Virus record (IMG/VR): IMGVR_UViG_3300045988_149625
DNA: 64,000 nucleotides
Direction: 5' to 3' (one strand)
Source: a virus
The translations under genes and the position numbers were made by a program. A model generated the notes under the pieces. It had not been told where the DNA came from. It did no database searches and saw only the letters and a list, made by a program, of their open reading frames with translations. Below are positions 37,907-47,033 of this stretch, piece by piece (the first letter of the stretch is position 1; each line of letters opens with the position of its first letter).

Positions 37907-38305
37907 ATGGAATACACTAAAGAAAACGTAGTAAAAATTGTAGAAGATTTTAAAGACCTAATTTTAGCCATTGAAATGGAACGCAGAATCCGTTATGATG
38001 CTGTACATGAGAATGATTGCGCTTTAGGGGATATTCGACATTTTTGTGAGCTGGAATATCCTACGGAGCGCAGTATGCGCACTAAAATTTGTCAATTAAT
38101 GCGTGATATCAGCAAGAAAAGGCGTGAGGACAAAGACTTCTTAGATGTCACACAGCCTTTGGCAGAATTTCTTTCTGGCTCACCTAATTTAAAGGTAAAT
38201 TTAGGCAAAACAACTAATAACATGAAAAAAGCGTTGGTTAAAACACAGGGGGAACGTGTTTACGTTCCCAGAGTGCTTAATGATTTATTTAAAAAGGAGA
38301 TTTAA
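37907..38305 (+). CDS. Hypothetical protein
   Basis: 132-aa ORF with an AGGAGG RBS. Confidence 0.35.
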   Translation: MEYTKENVVKIVEDFKDLILAIEMERRIRYDAVHENDCALGDIRHFCELEYPTERSMRTKICQLMRDISKKRREDKDFLDVTQPLAEFLSGSPNLKVNLGKTTNNMKKALVKTQGERVYVPRVLNDLFKKEI

Positions 38306-38429
38306 AAATGCAAAAAAGATTACACACTAAAAATTGGAACACTAAACCTAAAAATAGAGAATTACCCGCTATTTTTCAAGCTTTTAATCTAAGACAGTTT
38401 CAGAAAGCATTTATCGGAGGTTCTAAAAA

Positions 38430-38777
38430 TTGTTAATTACCAATATTAAAATTTATGGACTAGAAGAATCCATTTATGCAAGTGGGTATCCAATGCTTTC
38501 AAAACCACCTACTAAAGAAGAGTTTGAGAGTGGGGTATCTGATGTAACAACGAATATTTTTATGCGTGAAACTGTAGGAGCAAAAGCAGCAGGTGCACAT
38601 ATTAAAAGGGCTTTAAAGCTTGGCAGTGCAGCCGCAGGAACTGGGCACAATAACTTTTTAAAGGGAATTATTGTGCAAATGGATGTTAATGCACCGCAGT
38701 ATTGGTGGCAACAGGCACAGCGTTATCACTGGTTCGATTTCGTTAGCTCGAAGGGCGTTTTAGTAGGTAACTATTAA
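38430..38777 (+). CDS. thyX: ThyX-like flavin-dependent thymidylate synthase, exon 1
   Basis: VQMDVNAPQYWWQQAQRYHW aligns to ThyX FHVKAPIFVARQWFRHR. The ORF then runs into a stop at 38775. The exon probably ends ~38760. Confidence 0.5.
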   Translation: MLITNIKIYGLEESIYASGYPMLSKPPTKEEFESGVSDVTTNIFMRETVGAKAAGAHIKRALKLGSAAAGTGHNNFLKGIIVQMDVNAPQYWWQQAQRYHWFDFVSSKGVLVGNY

Positions 38778-39110
38778 AATTATGAATTGGTGAACCTAGA
38801 AATCTAGGGTGTGCGACTTATGTCGTGCTAACGGTAAGAGTTAAATAAGACTGGGAATATGACAATTATTCTCTTTAGCCATAGGCGAATACGCTCTCTA
38901 AGAGAAGCTAAGGACTTTCGTAAGTTAGCTTGCTAATACCGTGCTAAGTTTTTCTATTCTCATGTAATTTGAGAATAGATTAAAAAGTGTAACGACTAAC
39001 CGAAGTATTAACATACTTCAAGAGGTTTAAGGTGAAATTCCTTATTCCGTAGCGCCAATTACCCTATAAGGGTAAAGAGATAGTCTAATCCCACTATTAA
39101 ATTAGTGTTA
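38761..39110 (+). mobile_element. ORF-less group-I-like intron in thyX
   Basis: ~350 bp non-coding insert between two halves of one ThyX homologue. It contains R-like (acgactaacc) and S-like (gatagtcta) P7 elements. Boundaries are approximate. Confidence 0.5.
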
Positions 39111-39449
39111 AAGTACGCCGAAAGGCGGGGTAGAAATGCAATGAGTAAGGTACATTGCCTTACAAAAATGGATATTGACAGTATGTGTGACAGCACTGTA
39201 ACGGAAACAGCGAAGCTCAATTTAGTTGGGGCAATTCAAGATTACACTGAGGGCAAGATTGACTTTGACACTATGATGTGTAATGTTCCTATGGGATTGC
39301 ATTTAACTGCAAGAATGACAACAAATTATTTGCAGCTTAAAACGATGTATGCACAAAGACAGCATCACAAATCTAAAGAGTGGCAGGAGTTCTGTAAGTG
39401 GGTAACATATTTACCTATGAGCTATTTAATTACAGGAGGTACTATGTAA
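39105..39449 (+). CDS. thyX: ThyX-like thymidylate synthase, exon 2
   Basis: VPMGLHLTARMTTNYLQLKTMYAQRQHHKSKEWQEF aligns to ThyX [36 protein letters not shown]. The frame is open from 39084. Confidence 0.5.
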   Translation: MLKYAERRGRNAMSKVHCLTKMDIDSMCDSTVTETAKLNLVGAIQDYTEGKIDFDTMMCNVPMGLHLTARMTTNYLQLKTMYAQRQHHKSKEWQEFCKWVTYLPMSYLITGGTM

Positions 39450-39766
39450 TGAGTAATTCTAAGGAGTTTATACAATTTCAAAAGGATTACATCTTGTTTC
39501 CTTGGGGAGAGCAAGAAGTTATTGGGTATTTTAAATGCCCCGTTTGTGGTAAGCCAATTTATGTTTTAGAGTTTTTTGGCGGTGAGGAAGAGCACTATTA
39601 CTATCTTTATCATTTTAATTCTTGGGATGATAAGAAATTATGTCCTATTGCGCAGGATGACTGTTCCACACCTTTCACTATCCTAGGTGGTATTACCTAC
39701 GATAATTTTGAAGAAATTGTAGATACATGGGCGTATGGTATCCGTACAGTGGAGTGTACAGAATGA
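39398..39766 (+). CDS. Hypothetical CxxC protein
   Basis: 122 aa with FKCPVCGKP. Confidence 0.3.
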   Translation: MGNIFTYELFNYRRYYVMSNSKEFIQFQKDYILFPWGEQEVIGYFKCPVCGKPIYVLEFFGGEEEHYYYLYHFNSWDDKKLCPIAQDDCSTPFTILGGITYDNFEEIVDTWAYGIRTVECTE

Positions 39767-40176
39767 TTTATGCAATAGATTTTGATGGTACGCTAGTTAA
39801 AAATCAATATCCCTATATAGGGGAAGAGCAAAAGATTTCTACACACATGCTTGACAAGACAAAAATTGAGAAGTTTATTCCTGCCACAGACTTTTGCAAG
39901 GAATTGCAACGTGAGGGACATAAACTTATTTTGTGGACTTGCAGAGAGGGTGAGCTTTTACAAGAGGCATTACGCTGGTGCCTTTATAGAGGGTTAATCT
40001 TTGATGCAGTAAATGATGATTTGCCACAAGTAAAGCAATGTTTTCCAGATGAACTTAAATCGTGGGAAGGTTCAGAACGTGCAAGAAAAATCCATGCAGA
40101 TGTGTATATTGATGATAAAGCAGTTGTACCGATTTGTGAGGATAAAGATAAAAATGTACGTTATCGCGAGTTTTGA
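39763..40176 (+). CDS. Small HAD-superfamily hydrolase-like protein
   Basis: MIYAIDFDGTLV is HAD motif I (DxDGT). The start was trimmed to the internal ATG. Confidence 0.4.
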   Translation: MIYAIDFDGTLVKNQYPYIGEEQKISTHMLDKTKIEKFIPATDFCKELQREGHKLILWTCREGELLQEALRWCLYRGLIFDAVNDDLPQVKQCFPDELKSWEGSERARKIHADVYIDDKAVVPICEDKDKNVRYREF

Positions 40177-40466
40177 AAATTTTAAAGGAACAAGTTATCA
40201 TGTGCTAGATGTTTTATCTTTTCATTTTAATGGTTCTAAAGGAACTTGCGTTATCGTGGGGGGTATTCCCCCCATTTTAGAACCATTTTTAAAGGATTGG
40301 GCAGATAAGAATGATATACATTTAGTACAGTGTACTAAAGACGATTTTAAAGACTTAGATATGCTTTTTGGAGATATTTCAGTCATTATCTTTGGCATGA
40401 ACACATTTCTTCTAAAGAAAAGTTTAGAATTAAGTCTTAGATATTATATTATAAAAGAGGAATAAA

Positions 40467-41063
40467 ATGACTAATATTATATGTATGAGTGGCGGTTATG
40501 ACAGTACCGTACTTTATGATTATCTGAAAAAAGATGAACATTTAGATTTAAAGGTTTACCATGCGCTTTATACTAAAGTTGAAGGTGGCACATATAATTT
40601 AAATGAGTTTAAACGTCTTTCACAAAAGTTTAATAATGAAATAGATTATTTAGCGCACTTTAACTTACATTTATTAGGTGAGGATTACATTCCGAACAGA
40701 AACACTCTATTTGTAATGGATATCATTGCAAAGCTTTATGTTGGAGAGCCTTTAAATATTTACCTGGGAATTATTAAGAATTTTCCTAGATACCCAGACT
40801 GTACACATGAATGGTTGGAGGCTCTTAATTCATTTTTAAGCATTGAATTTCCAAATGTTAAAGTTTTAGCACCCTTTATAGACCTTACAAAAGACGATGT
40901 TTTCAAGATTGGATGCAAGCTTGGCGTAAAATTAGAGGATACTTTTTCATGTAACTTTTCTGATAATGGTGAGCCTTGCGGTGTTTGTGAGAATTGTAAA
41001 TGGCGCGCAGCGCATATGTACCCTAGTTATTTTTTGAAGGAGGGGAATGAAATTGGCAAATAA
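40467..41063 (+). CDS. queC: 7-cyano-7-deazaguanine synthase QueC
   Basis: PP-loop SGGYDST, NRNT, YPDC, and the C-terminal zinc motif CGVCENCKWR. Confidence 0.75.
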   Translation: MTNIICMSGGYDSTVLYDYLKKDEHLDLKVYHALYTKVEGGTYNLNEFKRLSQKFNNEIDYLAHFNLHLLGEDYIPNRNTLFVMDIIAKLYVGEPLNIYLGIIKNFPRYPDCTHEWLEALNSFLSIEFPNVKVLAPFIDLTKDDVFKIGCKLGVKLEDTFSCNFSDNGEPCGVCENCKWRAAHMYPSYFLKEGNEIGK

Positions 41064-41271
41064 ATCTAATTCGGAGAAGAAAAATTCTGTTCCGCAGATT
41101 AAAATTGCAGCAAGAAGTGTTGAAAAGACTAAAGGTGGATTTTTAAGTATTAAGCAGGGAAGAACAGGCGACACAAATAACTTACAGACTAATCCATATT
41201 ATAGATTTATGAATAGAACTTCTTGGAAAACTAAGAATAAAAAAGGCATTACACCTTGGGGGCGTATTTAA
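41047..41271 (+). CDS. Small basic protein
   Basis: 74-aa Lys/Arg-rich ORF. Confidence 0.25.
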   Translation: MKLANKSNSEKKNSVPQIKIAARSVEKTKGGFLSIKQGRTGDTNNLQTNPYYRFMNRTSWKTKNKKGITPWGRI

Positions 41272-43166
41272 AAATGAAAGGTGATTTTACGCTTTTATTA
41301 TCTGGTGTTGAGCCTAAGGAAAACTGGGAAGTAGCATCTTCTGTAACAAAGAATGTGCTACTTTCCTATAAGTATATTCGTAAACGTGGATTAGATGAAA
41401 TTGTAAAGCGTTTAAAGTCCCATAGGGGAATGAAAGTTTTAATTGATAGTGGTGCTTATACATTCTTTAATGATAAAGAGTTTAATAATAAGACTATTGA
41501 ATGGTGGGAAGATTATTTAGTAAAGTATATTAACTTTATACGTGAGTACCGTGACTATATCTTTGCCTGCGTGGAACTAGATATTGATAGTATTGTTGGC
41601 GAGGATATTGTAGAAGGTTGGCGTGAAAAGTATTTCTACCCATTAGAAAGAGAAGGAATAAATGTTATTTATCTTTATCATTTAGATAAAGATTTATCGC
41701 ATTTTGAAAAGCTTTGTAAGCAGCATCCTTATGTTGGATTTTCGTACATGGAGATAAAGCATACTATTGAGGATATGGGGGAAAGAGAAAATCTCATTTC
41801 ACAACTATTCCAAATAGCTAAAAGGTATAAATCTGCTATTCATGGTTTTGCAATTACAGGTAATAAGCTACTATTGAGTTATCCATTCTTTTCCGCAGAT
41901 TCTACTACGTATTTAACAGGTGCGCAATTTGGTACAATTACCTACTTTGAAGCAGGTCAAATGAAGCATCTTGAAAAAACACAGTGGAAAACAGAATATA
42001 TGGAAAAACTAAAGGCGTTGGGGTTAAAGGAGAAATTGCTTGAAATAGAATCTCCTTATGAGCTTATAAGAGCAAATGCCATTAGCTATAAGAAATTTGA
42101 AGAATACGTTAAAAATGTTATGCGGCCACAAAAATATTGGGAAGCACGTTCAAACACTAAATACTCTATTCCAGATGCATCATGGTTTGAAGGGGATATG
42201 CAAGATTGGCAGGAACGCTTAGAACTAGCAGGAATTGATACAAACATTCCTCAAACAGCGGGTGAAACAATTTTACATGATGCTTATATTTTTCTAAATG
42301 AGCCTAAAGAAGCCAAGAATTATGAACTTGACGACCTTGTGGGTTTATGTGCAATGTTTGGTGCAACAGGTGCAAACTATAATACAAAAGATAAGTGTAT
42401 AAAGTTTTTGCAGGAAGCTTTCAAAGAACATGTTGACGGTATGCGAAACGAGTTGTCAAATTTGCAGAATCCAGAAGAGGGGCAGCGTATAGCACTTGAA
42501 CGTGAGGACTATATTACAGAGAAAGAGTATTTAGAGGTTGAAATGAGTAGGGAAGAATGTGGAGAACTTCTACCTGCATTATTAACTTCTGGATATGATA
42601 AAGATGATGTTGAAAAATCTTTAATAGAACAAGGTATTAAACCAATCTATGATAAAAATGGTAATATCTTAAAAGGTATCAAAAAGGTTAAGCGACAGAA
42701 AAAGCTTTCCACAAGGGCTTTGCCTAGACTTTCTTGTGATAGATGCGTAATGGCAGCAAACTGTACAGAGTACCAAGCAGGATATATTTGTGCATACGAT
42801 AAAATGTTCCGCAGATTTAACACCAGGGAACAAGAAGATGTTATACAGGGAATGACAGCTATTGCTGATTTAGCAATAGAACGTGCTCAAAAAGCCTTTA
42901 TGCTTGAAACAGCTATGGGTGGGACACCTACAAAGGCTACTTCACAGGCAATGCAGGATGCTTTTGGATATTTAACTAAGTTAAAAGAATTGCAAGATGA
43001 AGTAAAAGGACGACCAGTTATGGTTTCACAAACAAAAATCAAGGGCGGCAGTATCGAACAAACTGTTGTTCATGGTGCTAATCCTCAATCTGGCGGCATT
43101 TTAGAGCGAATTTTTATGGAAGATACAGACGATGAAAAAACAGTAGAAGCGGAGGTAGTTAAATGA
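41256..43166 (+). CDS. dpdA: DpdA / tRNA-guanine-transglycosylase-like protein (7-deazaguanine DNA insertion enzyme candidate)
   Basis: TGT-fold signature VLLSYKY...VLIDSGAYTF (compare TGT DSGGFQ). The C-terminus has a Cys cluster (CDRCVMAANC...C). It is co-located with QueC and QueE-like genes. Confidence 0.5.
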   Translation: MGAYLKMKGDFTLLLSGVEPKENWEVASSVTKNVLLSYKYIRKRGLDEIVKRLKSHRGMKVLIDSGAYTFFNDKEFNNKTIEWWEDYLVKYINFIREYRDYIFACVELDIDSIVGEDIVEGWREKYFYPLEREGINVIYLYHLDKDLSHFEKLCKQHPYVGFSYMEIKHTIEDMGERENLISQLFQIAKRYKSAIHGFAITGNKLLLSYPFFSADSTTYLTGAQFGTITYFEAGQMKHLEKTQWKTEYMEKLKALGLKEKLLEIESPYELIRANAISYKKFEEYVKNVMRPQKYWEARSNTKYSIPDASWFEGDMQDWQERLELAGIDTNIPQTAGETILHDAYIFLNEPKEAKNYELDDLVGLCAMFGATGANYNTKDKCIKFLQEAFKEHVDGMRNELSNLQNPEEGQRIALEREDYITEKEYLEVEMSREECGELLPALLTSGYDKDDVEKSLIEQGIKPIYDKNGNILKGIKKVKRQKKLSTRALPRLSCDRCVMAANCTEYQAGYICAYDKMFRRFNTREQEDVIQGMTAIADLAIERAQKAFMLETAMGGTPTKATSQAMQDAFGYLTKLKELQDEVKGRPVMVSQTKIKGGSIEQTVVHGANPQSGGILERIFMEDTDDEKTVEAEVVK

Positions 43167-45322
43167 GAAAATTAGCAAGTGTAGAAATTATAGATAAATT
43201 AGAGCCTATCCCAAATGCTGATAGAATTTTAAAAGCAACTGTAAAAGGTTGGGAATGTGTTGTAAGTAAGAGTGACAACTTTCAGCAAGGCGATAAAGTA
43301 GTGTATATTGAAGTAGATTCTGTTCTCCCTGCAAGACCAGAATTTGCCTTCCTTAAAGACAGAAAGTACCGCATTAAGACTATTAAGTTGCGTAAACAGA
43401 TTTCACAAGGTTTGATTCTGCCTTTAAGTTACTTGCCAAACAAAGAATACGCTGTTGGGGAAGATGTAACTAAAATATTGAATATTAAGAAATTTGACCC
43501 GCAGCTTGAAGCAGAGAATAAAATCATGGCAGTTGCTGCCCCAAAAGGAAGATTCACATTCTTATGGAAGCCTTTAATGCGTTTCCGTTGGTTTAGACGC
43601 TTATATGCAAAATTCCATGTACAGAATGAAAAGTTCCCTACTTACATTGCAAGCAAGACTGATGAAGAACGCTGGCAGAATATTACTGACAAGCTTGAAC
43701 AATGGAGAGATACAAATGTCCCCCTGATTTGTACAGAGAAGGTCGACGGCTGCCATTCATACAGAAGTAGTGTAATTACAAATAAGGGGTTCTTGCCAAT
43801 AGGTAAAATTGTAAATGAAAAACTTGATGTGGAAGTTCTTACTTATAATGAAGAATCCAAATGTTGTGAGTTTAAACCTATTATAGATTATCATAAAATC
43901 TTATGTACAAAGCCTACATACCGCATTGGTGTAGGAAGTCGTGGTAAGGGAAATAAGCCTAAATATATTGAGTGTACCTCTAACCATGAATTTTTAACAC
44001 AAGACGGCTGGAAGCAAGCGGATGAGCTTACTTTAGATGATACTCTAATGCACTATTTTTCTGTTATTAACTATGATATTCAAAGTATTATCTTAGGCTG
44101 CTTACTAGGGGATAGCAGCATTAATGGCAATAGAAAAGGTACATCTTACTTAACTGTACTGTTTGGGCACTCTGAAAAACAAGTAGAATATTTTAATTAT
44201 AAGAAGCAGCTTTTTGGAAATCTTTTTATTGAACAAAAGGATACTTTAAGTGGATATGGCAGTGTAATTAAACATGGTATTTTACGTTCCAATGAGGGTG
44301 TTCGTAGACTTATTGAGGAGTATTGTTTGGTAGATGATAAATTTGCGGTAACACAAAAATATTGCGATGCTTTAACACCTATGTCATTGGCATTTTGGTA
44401 TATGGACGACGGAAGCCTTTTAACAGGTACTTTACGACCAAAAGCAATTTTAAATACGCAAGCATATGATTTAAATACTATCAAAATGCTTGTAGAAACC
44501 TTACGTAACCGCTTTGGTTTAGAGGCATTTATTGGAGATAAAGAAGTTTATAAAGGATACGTTATTTATTTCTCTGTGGAATCTACCCTTAAATTTGCAC
44601 AATTAATTGCCCCCTATGTATGCGAAAGTATGAGATATAAATTACCAGAACAGTATAGAAGTTATGGATGTGCTTTAAATAGTGTAAATACAGAAGTGCA
44701 AGATATTTTACCCACAAAAATTCTCTCCATTGAAGAGTTTGAAGCAGGTCATTTTGGCAAGCATATGTATGATTTAACTATTCAAGATAATCATAATTAT
44801 TTTGTACATAGTATTTTAACTCATAATTGTTCCTCAACCTTCTTTTTAGACGGCGGCACTTTTGGGGTTTGCAGTAGAAATATTTGGCTACGTAAGGAAG
44901 ATAATTCGCCCTATTGGGAAATTGCAAGACGCTTTCAGATTGAGGAAGCTTTAAAGGAGATTCAAAAGTGCTTTGGTTTTAGAAAAATTGTTTTACAAGG
45001 TGAGATTATTGGGCAAAATATCCAAGCTAATAAATATAAGATTAGCGGGTATGATTTTTATGCCTATAATTTAATCCTTGACGGCATTAAAGTTTCACAA
45101 GTAAAAATGGAAGAGCTTCTTAAAGAATTTCGCATTAAAACAGTGCCTGTAGTTTATAAGCATATCAATGTGCCAAGTGACTTACAGACCTTAAACAATC
45201 TTGCGAGTGGTAAAAGTGTATTACTTGATACACAAGAGCGTGAAGGTATCGTTTGCAGAAATTATGAGCAGGGGATTTCTTTTAAAGCGATTTCCCCAAC
45301 TTTCTTGCTAAAAGAAGAATAA
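43163..45322 (+). CDS. ATP-dependent RNA/DNA-ligase-family nucleotidyltransferase containing an intein
   Basis: KxDG motif TEKVDG is directly followed by an intein. The extein resumes CSSTFFLDGG. Confidence 0.55.
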   Translation: MRKLASVEIIDKLEPIPNADRILKATVKGWECVVSKSDNFQQGDKVVYIEVDSVLPARPEFAFLKDRKYRIKTIKLRKQISQGLILPLSYLPNKEYAVGEDVTKILNIKKFDPQLEAENKIMAVAAPKGRFTFLWKPLMRFRWFRRLYAKFHVQNEKFPTYIASKTDEERWQNITDKLEQWRDTNVPLICTEKVDGCHSYRSSVITNKGFLPIGKIVNEKLDVEVLTYNEESKCCEFKPIIDYHKILCTKPTYRIGVGSRGKGNKPKYIECTSNHEFLTQDGWKQADELTLDDTLMHYFSVINYDIQSIILGCLLGDSSINGNRKGTSYLTVLFGHSEKQVEYFNYKKQLFGNLFIEQKDTLSGYGSVIKHGILRSNEGVRRLIEEYCLVDDKFAVTQKYCDALTPMSLAFWYMDDGSLLTGTLRPKAILNTQAYDLNTIKMLVETLRNRFGLEAFIGDKEVYKGYVIYFSVESTLKFAQLIAPYVCESMRYKLPEQYRSYGCALNSVNTEVQDILPTKILSIEEFEAGHFGKHMYDLTIQDNHNYFVHSILTHNCSSTFFLDGGTFGVCSRNIWLRKEDNSPYWEIARRFQIEEALKEIQKCFGFRKIVLQGEIIGQNIQANKYKISGYDFYAYNLILDGIKVSQVKMEELLKEFRIKTVPVVYKHINVPSDLQTLNNLASGKSVLLDTQEREGIVCRNYEQGISFKAISPTFLLKEE
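43751..44827 (+). mobile_element. Intein (359 aa) with LAGLIDADG homing endonuclease
   Basis: N-terminal Cys (CHSYRSSVITNKGFLPIGKIV, block A). LAGLIDADG blocks ILGCLLGDSS and LAFWYMDDGS. C-terminal FVHSILTHN followed by C+1. Confidence 0.75.
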
Positions 45323-45327
45323 AGTAG

Positions 45328-45356
45328 TTGACAAGCCTTTTTGATTGTGTTATAAT
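45328..45356 (+). promoter_or_regulatory. Consensus sigma-A promoter (TTGACA-17-TATAAT)
   Basis: ttgacaagcctttttgattgtgttataat. Confidence 0.6.
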
Positions 45357-45391
45357 AAAGACACATTCAGAAAGGCTTTTATTATAGGTGG

Positions 45392-45745
45392 TTGAAAATG
45401 AAAATCTCGGTAACTGAAATTAAACGTAAAAAAGAGTTTCCTAAATACATACTTACAGAGTCAAGTGATAAATTGGTAGTAAATACTGGCAATTTAAAAT
45501 TCCTAGCAAGCTGTATTTATGCGTCAAATCATTATCCTGTCCGCATTGTTATTGATGAGGGGGGTGAGGATTTTACCTATGGTTTTGTAGTCTATATTTC
45601 AAAGGAATTTCTTATATGTATTGATACAAGTTCTGAGAATGAAAATTTTCAATCAATCTTTAAAATTCCTGTTGACAGCTTTTCAAAGCTGTGTTATAAT
45701 GGATGTAGATTCAAGATATACATTAAAGAATCATTATGTAAATAA
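45392..45745 (+). CDS. Hypothetical protein
   Basis: 117-aa ORF. Confidence 0.3.
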   Translation: MKMKISVTEIKRKKEFPKYILTESSDKLVVNTGNLKFLASCIYASNHYPVRIVIDEGGEDFTYGFVVYISKEFLICIDTSSENENFQSIFKIPVDSFSKLCYNGCRFKIYIKESLCK

Positions 45746-45756
45746 GGAGTGTCAAA

Positions 45757-46182
45757 ATGAAGCAACCAATTATGCGTTTTAAAGATGAGAAAGATTTGCA
45801 GCAAGCTACTCGGAAATGGCAAGGAATTTTGCAGCTAAATGATTGGCTGATTAAAACAAACCTTGTAGATGATGCTATTAAAGATGGTAACGATACTTGT
45901 GACGGCATTAATAATGTTACTCATTCAACTAAAACAGCCATAATTACAATCTCGCATTGTAATGATGTAGACTTTGTTTTTAAACATTGTGAAGAACTTG
46001 TTTTAATTCACGAGTTACTTCACTGTACTATTATGGCTGTGGGGAACACGCAGAGAAGTATTGAAGCCTGTGTCTATGAAGAGGTAATGCACCAGCCTAT
46101 TGATACTATTGCACGTGCATTACTTATGACAGAGTACAATTTAACATTTGAGTGGTTTATGGAGGATGAAATTAAGGAATAA
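45757..46182 (+). CDS. Small HExxH protein (putative zinc metallopeptidase / ImmA-like)
   Basis: VLIHELLHCTI carries the HExxH motif. Confidence 0.3.
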   Translation: MKQPIMRFKDEKDLQQATRKWQGILQLNDWLIKTNLVDDAIKDGNDTCDGINNVTHSTKTAIITISHCNDVDFVFKHCEELVLIHELLHCTIMAVGNTQRSIEACVYEEVMHQPIDTIARALLMTEYNLTFEWFMEDEIKE

Positions 46183-46266
46183 GAGGTGTCTTATGTTAAT
46201 TCGTTCACCGCCGATTTAAAAACTCTTAAAGTCTACAAACTCCTTTAAAATAAAGGAGAATTTAAA

Positions 46267-46497
46267 TTGGTACTTATTATTACAGGAATTATTATCTTAT
46301 TTGCACCTATGGTTATTTTTACAAAGGGTTATTTTAAAATCCCTACTGATATGGCGCAAGTTTTTGATACTATGAAATCCGCTACTGGCGTAGACTTGAA
46401 AGCTATTGCAGACGCAAATACCATTGATGCAAAAGTTAATAAGAATGTTGCTATTAAAGGAGCAATTCCTGTTAAAAATGCAGCTAAAAAGTCTTAA
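46267..46497 (+). CDS. Small membrane-anchored protein
   Basis: 76 aa with an N-terminal TM segment. Confidence 0.3.
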   Translation: MVLIITGIIILFAPMVIFTKGYFKIPTDMAQVFDTMKSATGVDLKAIADANTIDAKVNKNVAIKGAIPVKNAAKKS

Positions 46498-46502
46498 TTA
46501 GC

Positions 46503-46540
46503 AAGGGTGCTCCTAATGGAGCACTCTTTATTTATATACC
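46503..46540 (+). terminator. Rho-independent terminator
   Basis: gggtgctcc taat ggagcactc followed by tttatttat. Confidence 0.55.
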
Positions 46541-46549
46541 CCAGACGCA

Positions 46550-46593
46550 CAGATTTGGCTTGTATGCGTTCCAAAGTGAAGATAGGTATAAAT
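46550..46593 (+). repeat. Conserved 44-bp intergenic element, copy 1 (cagatttggctt-N8-N12-ataggtataaat)
   Basis: Same-length, ~75% identical copy at 57109-57152. Both copies follow a terminator and precede a consensus promoter. Confidence 0.5.
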
Positions 46594-46623
46594 TTACCTA
46601 ACCTATAAATTTAAAAATAGTGC

Positions 46624-46652
46624 TTGACAATGCTTAGAAAATGTGGTACTAT
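46624..46652 (+). promoter_or_regulatory. Consensus sigma-A promoter (TTGACA-17-TACTAT)
   Basis: ttgacaatgcttagaaaatgtggtactat. Confidence 0.55.
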
Positions 46653-46679
46653 ATAGGTAACAAAGAAAAGGAGGTTACT

Positions 46680-47033
46680 ATGAAACGATATCATAAAGAT
46701 GTATATTTTCCAGTATTTTTAGACTTAGACGGCTTTTTGAAGAATTTGCCACAACTGACGTATTCAAAACACTTTTTGCAGCAGCTTGGCAAAAAGGGAA
46801 GAACAAAAATTCCCCAAATAAATGCAGCTATTGCAAGGACAAGGGGTAATATTTTCGAGGTTTATGTTGAAAATGGTGTAATTGAAAAAGCCTGCATAAG
46901 CATAAGAGTTGATAGATTTAAGTCTTATGTCTATGTTATTGCAAAGAGCGGATATGTCGTTACTGCATGGGTAACACGTAAAGAGGGAATACTTTGCAAT
47001 ATGAATAAGTCTTTATATGAAAGGGGCAATTAA
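46680..47033 (+). CDS. Hypothetical protein
   Basis: Starts MKRYHKDVYF after an AAGGAGG RBS. The ORF-track start at 46641 lies within the promoter. Confidence 0.35.
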   Translation: MKRYHKDVYFPVFLDLDGFLKNLPQLTYSKHFLQQLGKKGRTKIPQINAAIARTRGNIFEVYVENGVIEKACISIRVDRFKSYVYVIAKSGYVVTAWVTRKEGILCNMNKSLYERGN

